From Gemmatimonadota bacterium (lineage in GTDB: Bacteria > Gemmatimonadota > Gemmatimonadetes > Gemmatimonadales > Gemmatimonadaceae), in the NCBI GenBank assembly GCA_040389905.1, contig JAZJZK010000025.1, positions 1 through 64,000 on the forward strand: a DNA stretch of 64,000 bases, written 5' to 3'. The notes beneath the pieces were generated by a model. That model saw nothing but the letters and a program-made list of their open reading frames with translations. It was not told where the DNA came from and made no database searches. Position 1 is the first letter of the stretch. Every line of letters begins with the position of its first letter. Position numbers and translations under genes: made by a program. Shown here one piece after another: positions 1 to 8,962 of this stretch.

Positions 1-2
1 AC

Positions 3-641
3 GGCAAGTACCTCGTGGCGATGAACAAGATCACGAAGGACCGCTACCTGCCCACCGGCCCGGAGATGTTCCAGTCGGCACAGCTCTATGATATCTCGGG
101 CGAGAAGATGAAGCTGTTGCTCGATTTCCCGACGATCGGCGAGCCACACTATGCCCAGGCGATCCCCGCAGAGCTCATCAAGGACAAGCAGGTCAAGTTC
201 TTCAAGCTCGCGGATAACACCAATCCCTTCGCGACGAAGGCAGAGAGCGACGGCGGCATCGTGCGCAAAGGCAAGCGCGTGGACGTCAAGATGATCGCCA
301 TTCGCAGCCACTTCGCGCCTGACAATCTCGAAGGCATCACGCTTGGTGACACCGTGTACTTCCACGTCACGAATCTCGAACAGGACTGGGATATCCTGCA
401 CGGCTTCGCGGTGCTCGGCGCGCAGAATTCGGAGCTCGTGCTCAACCCGGGTGAAACGCGCACCATGAAGTGGGTTCCGACGATGACGGGCGTCTTCCCC
501 TTCTACTGCACCGATTTCTGCTCTGCGCTGCACCAGGAAATGCAGGGCTACGTGCGTGTTTCGGCACCAGGATCGAACGTCCCGCTCACGGCCAACATCA
601 GTCCGAAGACCAAGGCGCAGATGGCCAAGGCCGGGCTATGA
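3..641 (+). CDS. nosZ: Nitrous-oxide reductase, clade II type; C-terminal part (5' end outside window)
   Basis: Frame open from the window edge (GKYLVAMNKITKDRYLPTGPE). GEPHYAQ motif and CuA motif FYCTDFCSALHQEM. Followed by nosB/L/D/F/Y. Confidence 0.96.
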   Translation, partial: GKYLVAMNKITKDRYLPTGPEMFQSAQLYDISGEKMKLLLDFPTIGEPHYAQAIPAELIKDKQVKFFKLADNTNPFATKAESDGGIVRKGKRVDVKMIAIRSHFAPDNLEGITLGDTVYFHVTNLEQDWDILHGFAVLGAQNSELVLNPGETRTMKWVPTMTGVFPFYCTDFCSALHQEMQGYVRVSAPGSNVPLTANISPKTKAQMAKAGL

Positions 642-1729
642 CACAGCTCTCCGTTCGGTCGCGAGTCCTGACGGCAGTGGCGGCCCTGCTCATGCTTGCC
701 CCGTTCTTCCTGCCGCTGTGGCGCATCGACCTGAAGGCGCCGCAGTATCCCGAAGGGCTGGGCATGCTGATCCGCGTCAATACGATCACAGGGCTCGCGC
801 CGACGGACCTGAACAACATCAATGGGCTCAATCACTACATCGGGATGAAGGCCATCGAGCCGGAGTCCATCCCGGTGCTCAGGTACATGCCATGGGTGGC
901 CGGCGCGCTGGCCGCCCTCGGATTCGCGACGGCATTGATCGGCCGGCGCAAGGTGCTCATGGCATGGATTGCGGCGTACGCTGTCGCCGGCGCCGCTGGC
1001 CTGGTCGAGTTCTATGTGTGGTCGTACGACTACGGACACAATCTCGCCGCCGACGCTGTCATCAAGGTGCCGGGAATGAGTTACCAGCCGCCGCTGCTTG
1101 GCAGCAAACAACTATTGAACTTCACGGCGTCATCGTGGCCTGCGTCGGGTGGATGGCTGGCAGCCGTCGCGTTCGTGGTCGCGGTGCTGGCGCTGCTGCC
1201 GTTCCGGCGAGCACTTCGGGTCGCGATCTCCCCTGCACCGGCGACGTCACGCGCCATCTTTACGGCGCTCGCCTTCGCCCTGCTGTCGGTTGGATCATGC
1301 CGAAGCGCCGAGCCGACGCCGCTCGCGTATGGCCGCGCCGATTGCGACGTCTGCCGAATGCGCATCGCGGACGAGCGCTACGGCGGTGAGCTGATCACGA
1401 AGACCGGTAAGGTCCGGCAGTTCGACGCCATCGAATGCCTGGCGACGTACGCCGTCACGGCTCCTTCGATCAAGGACACGCGATCCACCTGGGTGAGTGA
1501 CTTCGATCATCCCGGACAGCTGGTGAACGCGAATACCGCGCGGTTCGTCACGCGCGCGGGTCCAGGCAGCCAGATGGGCGCAATTCTCGCCGTCGGGCCA
1601 GGGACCAGCGTTGATTCGCTGGTCGCACGCTTCGGTACGACGCCACTGACATGGGATGAAGTGCTCGCGCGCGCTGAACGCGGAACACTCCGTGATCGCA
1701 CCACACCGGATGGAACGCGTGCCTCGTAA
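638..1729 (+). CDS. nosL: NosB-like membrane protein fused to a NosL copper-chaperone domain
   Basis: ATG 638 overlaps the nosZ stop (ATGA). N-half PLWRIDLKAPQYPEGL...NGLNHYIGM is NosB-like; C-half CDVCRMRI...GKVRQFDAIECL is NosL-like. Confidence 0.88.
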   Translation: MTQLSVRSRVLTAVAALLMLAPFFLPLWRIDLKAPQYPEGLGMLIRVNTITGLAPTDLNNINGLNHYIGMKAIEPESIPVLRYMPWVAGALAALGFATALIGRRKVLMAWIAAYAVAGAAGLVEFYVWSYDYGHNLAADAVIKVPGMSYQPPLLGSKQLLNFTASSWPASGGWLAAVAFVVAVLALLPFRRALRVAISPAPATSRAIFTALAFALLSVGSCRSAEPTPLAYGRADCDVCRMRIADERYGGELITKTGKVRQFDAIECLATYAVTAPSIKDTRSTWVSDFDHPGQLVNANTARFVTRAGPGSQMGAILAVGPGTSVDSLVARFGTTPLTWDEVLARAERGTLRDRTTPDGTRAS

Positions 1730-2978
1730 CACTCGGCGTTATGGCTTCGCCCTCGCGGCGTGGGTGTGCATTCCGCTCGCCGGCGTTGGTGCGCAGAACC
1801 TCGACGAGGTCACGGTGTCCGCCAACGGGCAGGTGCGGACGCTTGGCGCCGCGTTGCGGCTGGTCCGCTCCGGTGGACGGGTCGTCGTCACGGCGGGCAC
1901 CTATCGCGAACAGAGCCTCGTCGCGCAACGTGCCGTGAGCATCGTTGGCGTCGGCAGCCCGACGATCGCCGGCGATGGCGAACATGTCATCCTGACCGTT
2001 ACGGCGGACGACGTGACGGTGCGCGGGTTGCGCTTCACACACGTGAACACCAGCTACACCGAAGACCGCGCCGTCATCCGCGTGCAGGATGCCAAGCGGT
2101 GCGCGTTGCTCGACAATCGCATCGACGATGCCTTCTTCGGCATCTACCTCGCCGGCGTCGTCGGCTGCCGAATCGAGGGCAACGAGCTCGTCGCGACGCA
2201 TTCGCGTGAGACAACGTCTGGCAACGGCATCCATCTCTGGTCGTCGCGCGACGTCGTGATTGCCGGCAACACCGTCCATGGCTTTCGCGACGGCATCTAC
2301 TTCGAGTTCGTTCGCAACACCGAGGTGTCGCGCAATGTGAGCCACGACAACCTGCGCTATGGCTTGCACTTCATGTATTCGGACAATTGCCGCTACATCG
2401 GCAACGTGTTCCGGGCCAACGGATCCGGTGTGGCCGTGATGTACACGCATCACGTACAAATGACCGGGAACCGATTCGAGAACAATTGGGGTCCCGCTGC
2501 CTACGGCCTTCTCCTGAAGGAGATCAGCGACGCGCGTCTCGAGCACAATGTGTTCTCGCGCAACACGACGGGACTCGTCGCCGATGGCGCGAACCGCATC
2601 GTGGCAGACCGCAACGATTTCATCGGCAATGGGTGGGCGATCAAGCTCGATGCCAGTACGGTCGCGGGCGCGATGACGCGCAACAACTTCATCGGGAACA
2701 CCTTCGATCTCTCGACCAACAGTCGCGATCCGTCGACGACGCTGTCCGGCAACTACTGGGACGCATACCGCGGCTACGACTTGAATCGCGATGGCATCGG
2801 CGACGTGCCATTCCGGCCGGTGCGGCTCTTCTCACTGATCGTCGAGCGCCATGAACCGGCGCTCATCCTCCTCCGGAGCGCATTCGTTGGGTTGCTGGAT
2901 GCTGCCGAGCGAGCGCTGCCCGCGCTCACACCGGTGTCCCTCGCCGACGCGCGACCATCCATGCAGAGACTCCAATGA
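1710..2978 (+). CDS. nosD: NosD periplasmic maturation protein (beta-helix)
   Basis: GNGIHLW, RDGIYFEF, LRYGLHFMYS, GNYWDAYRGYDLNRDGIGDVPF motifs. Start uncertain (1710/1719). Confidence 0.93.
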   Translation: MERVPRNTRRYGFALAAWVCIPLAGVGAQNLDEVTVSANGQVRTLGAALRLVRSGGRVVVTAGTYREQSLVAQRAVSIVGVGSPTIAGDGEHVILTVTADDVTVRGLRFTHVNTSYTEDRAVIRVQDAKRCALLDNRIDDAFFGIYLAGVVGCRIEGNELVATHSRETTSGNGIHLWSSRDVVIAGNTVHGFRDGIYFEFVRNTEVSRNVSHDNLRYGLHFMYSDNCRYIGNVFRANGSGVAVMYTHHVQMTGNRFENNWGPAAYGLLLKEISDARLEHNVFSRNTTGLVADGANRIVADRNDFIGNGWAIKLDASTVAGAMTRNNFIGNTFDLSTNSRDPSTTLSGNYWDAYRGYDLNRDGIGDVPFRPVRLFSLIVERHEPALILLRSAFVGLLDAAERALPALTPVSLADARPSMQRLQ

Positions 2979-3685
2979 TCGAAGCCCGTGGTCTGCGCAA
3001 ACGTTTTGGTTCCGTCGAGGTCCTGCGCGGCGTCGATCTGGCAATTACGCGCGGTCGCGTCACGGCCATCGTCGGCCCGAATGGCGCGGGAAAAACCACG
3101 TTCATCAAGTCCGTCCTTGGCCTCACGCGCCCCGACGCAGGTGTCCTCACCTTTGACGGCACACCGATCGGCGATGATCCCGCCTACCGCGCGCGCATTG
3201 GTTACATGCCGCAGATCGCGCGCTTTCCGGAACGCATGACGGGCACGGAACTCCTCGCGCTCCTCAAGGAGCTGCGCGGCGCATTCGAGGTGGATGAGAG
3301 TCTCATCACGCAGTTCGCGCTGGAGCGCGAGCTCTCGAAGCCGTTGGGCAAGCTTTCCGGCGGCACGCGACAGAAAGTCAACGCGCTCGCCGCGTTCATG
3401 TTTTCGCCCGACCTCTACGTGCTGGACGAACCGACGGCCGGCCTCGATCCCGTATCATCGGGGATTCTCAAGACGCGCATCCGTGCCGAGCGGGCGAAGG
3501 GCCGCACGGTGCTCCTGACATCGCACATCATGAGCGAGATCGACGAGTTGGCCGATGACGTCATCTATCTCACCGACGGGCAGGTCACCTTCTCCGGAGC
3601 CATCGGCGATCTCAAGCGGGCCATGGGGCACGTGAACCTCGAGCACGCGATCGCAGCGCTGATGGTGCGGGCGGTGGCCGCATGA
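2975..3685 (+). CDS. nosF: ABC transporter ATPase NosF
   Basis: Walker A GPNGAGKT, LSGG signature, LDEP; lies between nosD and nosY with 4-bp overlaps. Confidence 0.92.
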   Translation: MIEARGLRKRFGSVEVLRGVDLAITRGRVTAIVGPNGAGKTTFIKSVLGLTRPDAGVLTFDGTPIGDDPAYRARIGYMPQIARFPERMTGTELLALLKELRGAFEVDESLITQFALERELSKPLGKLSGGTRQKVNALAAFMFSPDLYVLDEPTAGLDPVSSGILKTRIRAERAKGRTVLLTSHIMSEIDELADDVIYLTDGQVTFSGAIGDLKRAMGHVNLEHAIAALMVRAVAA

Positions 3686-4470
3686 TCATCATGACGATCG
3701 CCCGTGACCAGGCGCGTGACGTGTTGCGGAGCAAGTGGCTCTTCGCCTACGCCTTCTTCTTCCTCGCGGTGACCGAAGGCTTGCTCCGCTTCGCCGGCGG
3801 TGACGCGCGCACGATTCTCAGCCTCTCCACGGTTGTTCTCTTCGTCGTCCCGCTGGTGACGTTGGTCTTTGCAACCGTCTACCTGTACAACGCGCGTGAG
3901 TTCACTGAACTCCTGCTCGCGCAGCCCATCGATCGGCGACGCCTGTTCGTCGGACTCTACTTAGGCCTCTGCCTGCCGCTCGCAGCGGCACTCCTTGCCG
4001 GCGTGTGCGCGCCATTCATCGCACACGGTATGGGCGATCCGTCACAACGCGGCGCCCTCGCGGCCCTGCTTGGAGCCGGCGCGGCGCTCACGCTGATCTT
4101 TACGGCGATCGCCTTCTGCATCGCCACCTGGGCCGACGATCGCCTGAAGGGCCTCGGTGCGGCGATCACGGTGTGGATGCTCTTCGCCATCGTGTATGAT
4201 GGCCTCACAATGGCGATCGTCGCCGCGTTCGCCGACTACCCCCTTGAACGCGCGGTGTTGGTCCTCACGCTCGCCAACCCGATCGATCTCGCGCGCGTGA
4301 CGCTGTTGCTGCAGCTCGATGTGTCCGCGCTCATGGGCTATACGGGCGCGGTGTTCCAGCTCTTCCTCGGTGGCGTGACCGGCACCCTGGTCGCTGGCGT
4401 CGCGCTGCTGTCGTGGATCGTCGTCCCGACCGCGCTCGGCGTGCGGGCGTTTCGGCGAAAGGATTTCTGA
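3682..4470 (+). CDS. nosY: ABC permease NosY
   Basis: Polytopic; ELLLAQP and NPIDLAR motifs; ends FRRKDF. Confidence 0.92.
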   Translation: MIIMTIARDQARDVLRSKWLFAYAFFFLAVTEGLLRFAGGDARTILSLSTVVLFVVPLVTLVFATVYLYNAREFTELLLAQPIDRRRLFVGLYLGLCLPLAAALLAGVCAPFIAHGMGDPSQRGALAALLGAGAALTLIFTAIAFCIATWADDRLKGLGAAITVWMLFAIVYDGLTMAIVAAFADYPLERAVLVLTLANPIDLARVTLLLQLDVSALMGYTGAVFQLFLGGVTGTLVAGVALLSWIVVPTALGVRAFRRKDF

Positions 4471-4506
4471 AGCTTGCTCACAACTACCCATTCAAGGATC
4501 ACAGTC

Positions 4507-4959
4507 ATGAAGACGTTCACTCGATATTCCAGTTTGGCGGCGCTCGTGGTTTCTGCGACGCTACTGACTCAAGGTTGCGGCGGCGGCGAGAAGAAGCCGG
4601 CCGACACACCGTCAGTCTCCAAGGAAGGCGGCGAGGCCAAGGAGCACGAAACCAAGGGGCGCACGATCATCGTCGAGGCGATCACCGACGAGAAGGGTAA
4701 CTATTTCCAGCCGAACGAGATCGAAGCACATGAAGGCGACGTCATTCGGTTCACGCTCAAGATGGGGGTACACAACGTGAACTTCCTTCCGGATTCGAAC
4801 GCGCGAAAGAAGGGGTTGCCTGCGACGCCGAGTGAAATGCTGCAGCTGCCGGGACAGACGTACGATGTGCCCGTGACGTTCGAGGAAGGGCGCTACTATT
4901 TCCAGTGCGACCCGCACGCGCTGCTCGGCATGAAGGGGCACATTACCGTCAAGGATTGA
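4507..4959 (+). CDS. Type-1 blue copper (plastocyanin/azurin family) lipoprotein
   Basis: Lipobox-like LTQGC; copper ligands in HNV...CDPHALLGM. Confidence 0.88.
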   Translation: MKTFTRYSSLAALVVSATLLTQGCGGGEKKPADTPSVSKEGGEAKEHETKGRTIIVEAITDEKGNYFQPNEIEAHEGDVIRFTLKMGVHNVNFLPDSNARKKGLPATPSEMLQLPGQTYDVPVTFEEGRYYFQCDPHALLGMKGHITVKD

Positions 4960-5123
4960 CGGAGCACTGAGTCGAGGGTCGCCGGGTCACCACATCCGCG
5001 CGGAAGCAATCGCTCGGCGGTATACTGAAGGGCTGCCAGTGTCCAACCGCGTCGGTTCGTCCGCCGACAAGGAAGGAGTGCATGGCAATTCTCCGCCCCC
5101 TTCACCGTCGAGCCGCCACCAGC

Positions 5124-6689
5124 GTGAGCGATATCAAGGAAAACGAACGCGCCGAGCTTCACAAGACCATCTGGCGCATCGCAAACGACCTGCGCGGCAG
5201 CGTGGATGGCTGGGACTTCAAGACGTATGTGCTCGGGATGCTCTTCTACCGGTTCATCTCGGAGAACCTGACCGCGTACCTGAACCAGCAGGAACGGAAG
5301 GCGGGACACAAGGGCTTCGACTACGCGAAGCTGAGCGACAAGCAGGCCAAGCGCGGTAGTGACGAGACGGTGAAAGAAAAGGGGTTCTACATCCTGCCGT
5401 CCCACTTATTCGCCAACGTGCGGGCAAAAGCGCGCGGCGATGCGAATCTCAACGAGACGCTGAGCAAGGTCTTCAAGGACATCGAAGCCTCCGCCATCGG
5501 CACCGACAGTGAACACGACTTCAAGGGGCTGTTTGACGACCTCGATGTGAACAGCAGCAAACTCGGCCCCACAGTGCCGAGACGAAACGAGAAGCTCGTC
5601 AAGCTCCTTGACGCAATCGGAGACCTCAACCTCGGCACCTTCTCCGAGAACACGATCGATGCCTTCGGGGACGCGTACGAATTCCTGATGACGATGTACG
5701 CGTCCAGCGCGGGGAAATCAGGCGGAGAGTTCTTTACACCACAGGAAGTGTCCGAGCTGCTAGCCCGCATCACCGTGGTCGGCAAGAAGTCTGTCAACAA
5801 GGTGTACGACCCCGCGTGTGGCTCCGGGTCGCTCCTCCTCAAGTTCGCCAAGGTGCTGGGGCAGGAGAACGTTCGGCAGGGATTCTTCGGCCAGGAGATC
5901 AACCTCACGACGTACAACCTGTGCCGGATCAACATGTTCCTACACGATGTGAACTACGAGAAGTTCGACATCGCGCATGGTGATGTGCTCACCGATCCGG
6001 CGCACTGGGACGACGAGCCGTTCGAGGCCATCGTCTCCAATCCGCCGTATTCCATCAGGTGGGATGGCGATGCCAATCCGCTGCTGATCAACGATCCCCG
6101 GTTTGCGCCGGCCGGCGTGCTCGCGCCAAAGAGCAAGGCCGATCTGGCGTTCACGATGCACATGCTGTCGTGGCTCGCGGTCAACGGTACGGCGGCGATT
6201 GTCGAGTTTCCCGGGGTGCTCTACCGGAGCGGGGCGGAGCAGAAGATCCGTCAGTACCTGATCGACAACAACTACGTCGACACGGTCATCCAGCTTCCGC
6301 CTGACCTCTTCTTCGGGACGACGATCGCCACATGCGTCATCGTGCTGAAGAAATCGAAGCGCGACAACAAGACGCTGTTCATCGATGCCTCGGCGGAGTT
6401 TGTGAGAGGCGGCAACAAGAACAAGCTCAGCGAAGCCAACTGGCAACGCATTCTCGACGCGTTCAGCGCGCGAAAGGACATCGAGTATTTCGCGCGAATC
6501 GTGGAGAATGCGGCCATTGCCGAAAACGGCTACAACCTCTCCGTGTCCTCCTACCTCCAGGCGGAGGACACCCGTGTCGCCACAGACATACGCACGCTCA
6601 ACGCGGAAATCGCGCGCATCGTAGCCCGCCAGCAGGAATTGCGTACCGCGATCGATGCGATTGTCGCTGACCTGGAAGGAGTGGCGTGA
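5124..6689 (+). CDS. hsdM: Type I RM methyltransferase subunit M
   Basis: IWRIANDLRG, GEFFTPQEVS, DPACGSGS, NPPY. Start GTG 5124 or ATG 5082. Confidence 0.96.
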   Translation: MSDIKENERAELHKTIWRIANDLRGSVDGWDFKTYVLGMLFYRFISENLTAYLNQQERKAGHKGFDYAKLSDKQAKRGSDETVKEKGFYILPSHLFANVRAKARGDANLNETLSKVFKDIEASAIGTDSEHDFKGLFDDLDVNSSKLGPTVPRRNEKLVKLLDAIGDLNLGTFSENTIDAFGDAYEFLMTMYASSAGKSGGEFFTPQEVSELLARITVVGKKSVNKVYDPACGSGSLLLKFAKVLGQENVRQGFFGQEINLTTYNLCRINMFLHDVNYEKFDIAHGDVLTDPAHWDDEPFEAIVSNPPYSIRWDGDANPLLINDPRFAPAGVLAPKSKADLAFTMHMLSWLAVNGTAAIVEFPGVLYRSGAEQKIRQYLIDNNYVDTVIQLPPDLFFGTTIATCVIVLKKSKRDNKTLFIDASAEFVRGGNKNKLSEANWQRILDAFSARKDIEYFARIVENAAIAENGYNLSVSSYLQAEDTRVATDIRTLNAEIARIVARQQELRTAIDAIVADLEGVA

Positions 6690-7693
6690 CAGGGGCAGCC
6701 GGCGAGATCGTCCTCTACCGCGGAAACGATGGTGCGCCGGCCATCGAGGTGCGGTTGGAGGGCGATACAGTCTGGCTCTCGCTCAATCAGCTCGCGGCCA
6801 TGCTGGGTCGGGACAAGTCGACCATATCCCGGCACATCGCCAACGTGTTCGCGGAAGGCGAATTGAAGCGGGCGGCAGTTGTTGCAGAATTTGCAACAAC
6901 TGCCGCTGACGGGAAGACATACATGGTAGAGCACTTTAGCCTGGATGTGATCATCTCTGTCGGCTACCGCGTCAAGTCGTTGCAGGGTACGCAGTTCCGC
7001 ATCTGGGCCACTGAACGGCTCCGGGAATATCTGGTCAAGGGCTTCGCGATGGACGATGCCCGCCTGAAGAACCTCGGCGGCGGCCGCTACTGGAAGGAAC
7101 TGCTCGATCGCATTCGCGACATACGGAGCAGCGAGAAGGTGCTCTACCGGCAGGTGCTCGACCTGTATGCCACCAGCGTGGACTACGACCCGCGCAACGA
7201 GGAGAGCTCCATCTTCTTCAAGGTCGTGCAGAACAAGCTGCACTTCGCCGCGCATGGGCATACTGCGGCCGAGGTCATCTCTGCGCGCGCGGATGCCGGC
7301 AAACCGTTCATGGGGCTGCTGTCATTCAGCGGAAGCCACCCGACGAAGTCCGAAGCGGCCGTCGCGAAGAACTACCTTGACGCCAGCGAGCTCAGACGGC
7401 TGAACGCGCTCGTGTCGGCGTATTTCGACGCCGCTGAGTTTCGTGCCGAGAGCCACCAGCCGACGTACATGAAGGATTGGCTGGCGCACCTTGATCGGCT
7501 GATCGTCGCCATGGAAGCGAGGACGCTGGACGGTGCTGGGAGCGTGAGTCATCAGCAAGCCGTCGCGAAGGCCGAGGCGGAATTTGTGAAGTATCGCGCC
7601 CAAATTGCCGCCGAGACATCGGAGGTCGAGGCGGCGTACCTTGAGACCGTGAAGCGTGTGCAACGAAAGATTGAGGGTAAGAAGAAGGGATGA
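6686..7693 (+). CDS. RhuM-family ('virulence RhuM') DNA-binding protein
   Basis: IISVGYRVKS..GTQFRIWAT, RIRDIRSSEK, VQNKLHFAAHGHTAAE, AKNYL motifs. Confidence 0.88.
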   Translation: MTGAAGEIVLYRGNDGAPAIEVRLEGDTVWLSLNQLAAMLGRDKSTISRHIANVFAEGELKRAAVVAEFATTAADGKTYMVEHFSLDVIISVGYRVKSLQGTQFRIWATERLREYLVKGFAMDDARLKNLGGGRYWKELLDRIRDIRSSEKVLYRQVLDLYATSVDYDPRNEESSIFFKVVQNKLHFAAHGHTAAEVISARADAGKPFMGLLSFSGSHPTKSEAAVAKNYLDASELRRLNALVSAYFDAAEFRAESHQPTYMKDWLAHLDRLIVAMEARTLDGAGSVSHQQAVAKAEAEFVKYRAQIAAETSEVEAAYLETVKRVQRKIEGKKKG

Positions 7694-8352
7694 GCAGAAT
7701 CGACGAACTCATGGCTGGACGTTACCCTGCCGGGATGGAGTTGATCAAACTCGGTAAGGTTTTTGAGATGAAAGCCGGCAAGCATATCTCTGCTGGCAAC
7801 ATTTCGGCAATTCAGAATGGTGCCTCTCCGTACCCGTGCTACGGCGGAAACGGTGTTCGCGGGTTCGTAAGCGCGAGCTCTCACGACGGCGCGTTTTTGC
7901 TCATCGGTCGACAGGGCGCTCTTTGTGGGAACATTAAGCGGGTCACTGGGAGATTCTTCGCTACGGAACACGCCGTTGTCGTCAAGCCAAGAGTCGATAT
8001 TGATCTCGACTGGGCGTTTCACATGCTTACCGCAATGAACCTCAACCAGTTCGCAACCAAGTCTGCGCAACCCGGACTTGCAGTCGGCACTCTTGAACTA
8101 GTCACGATTCCACTCCCACCCATCGCGATCCAGCGAGAAATTGGCATTGTGCTAAATGCGCTCATGACGTTGGAGGCAGAGCTCGAGCTGACACTAGAGG
8201 CGGAGTTGGAGACGCGTCGGCGACAGTACAGCTATTACCGAGACGCTCTTCTCGCGTTTGATGAGGATGTAAGCAAGAGCGCAACCACGCATACACGGCA
8301 GGCAGGCAGGCAGGCAGGCGCAAGAATCGTTCCAATGGATGAGCTTGAATGA
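7690..8352 (+). CDS. hsdS: Type I RM specificity subunit, N-terminal half (TRD1 plus helical spacer), truncated by a frameshift at the GGCA tract
   Basis: YPCYGGNG, IGRQGALCG, PLPPIAIQREI, AELETRRRQYSYYRDALLAF; stop shortly after the repeat. Confidence 0.9.
   Translation: MSRIDELMAGRYPAGMELIKLGKVFEMKAGKHISAGNISAIQNGASPYPCYGGNGVRGFVSASSHDGAFLLIGRQGALCGNIKRVTGRFFATEHAVVVKPRVDIDLDWAFHMLTAMNLNQFATKSAQPGLAVGTLELVTIPLPPIAIQREIGIVLNALMTLEAELELTLEAELETRRRQYSYYRDALLAFDEDVSKSATTHTRQAGRQAGARIVPMDELE
8297..8319 (+). repeat. Tetranucleotide simple sequence repeat (GGCA)5GGC inside hsdS
   Basis: Read directly: ac-ggca-ggca-ggca-ggca-ggca-ggc-gcaag. Confidence 0.97.
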
Positions 8353-8926
8353 AGTCGGCACATTCATGCGCGGGCGACGATTCACGAACAAGGACTTTGT
8401 CAAGTCTGGAATCGGTTGCATCCACTATGGTGAGATTTACACCCACTACAAATTGTCTGCATTCGAGACTAAGACTTTCGTGCGCCCCGAACTAGCGGCT
8501 ACGCTTCGCATGGCAAAAAAGGGTGACCTGATTATCGCCGCTACTGGCGAAAACGTCCAGGACGTCTGCAAGGCGGTCGCCTGGCTCGGCGAGGATGATG
8601 TGGCGGTTCACGACGATTGCTACATCTTCAGCCACTCAATGAATCCGAAGTATGTGTCCTACTTCTTCCAGTCGAGCCACTTCAACAAGCAGAAGATCAA
8701 GTATGCTGCCGGCGCTAAGGTGACGCGCGTATCGGCCGACAATCTGGAAAGGATTCGCATGCCGGTTCCTTCACCGGCTCGACAACGGGAGATCGTCTCG
8801 ATTCTCGACCACTTTAACGCGCTCGTGAACGATCTCTCCATCGGCCTCCCCGCCGAGCTCAACGCGCGGCGACAACAGTACGAGTACTACCGCGACCGCC
8901 TGCTGACCTTCCGCGAGGTTGCCTGA
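8339..8926 (+). CDS. hsdS: Type I RM specificity subunit, C-terminal half (TRD2), out of frame with the first half
   Basis: CIHYGEIYT, KGDLIIAATGEN, GLPAELNARRQQYEYYRDRLLTF; frame stays open back to the repeat (AQESFQW-MSLNEVG). Confidence 0.9.
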   Translation: MSLNEVGTFMRGRRFTNKDFVKSGIGCIHYGEIYTHYKLSAFETKTFVRPELAATLRMAKKGDLIIAATGENVQDVCKAVAWLGEDDVAVHDDCYIFSHSMNPKYVSYFFQSSHFNKQKIKYAAGAKVTRVSADNLERIRMPVPSPARQREIVSILDHFNALVNDLSIGLPAELNARRQQYEYYRDRLLTFREVA

Positions 8927-8962
8927 GTTGCGATCCGATTCCCATCCAGCGACGGAACTCTC

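Noticed and set aside
470..637. ORF-track 5' extension of the nosB-nosL gene
   Set aside because: It overlaps the nosZ CuA coding region; the ATG at 638 coupled to the nosZ stop is the plausible start.
4960..5123. att site or tRNA at the RM cassette border
   Set aside because: No cloverleaf, and no repeat matching 11981-12119 was found by eye.
7690..8926. hsdS as a decayed pseudogene, or an invertible hsdS shufflon
   Set aside because: Both halves are intact and the only break is at the SSR; no inverted silent hsdS copy or recombinase is present.
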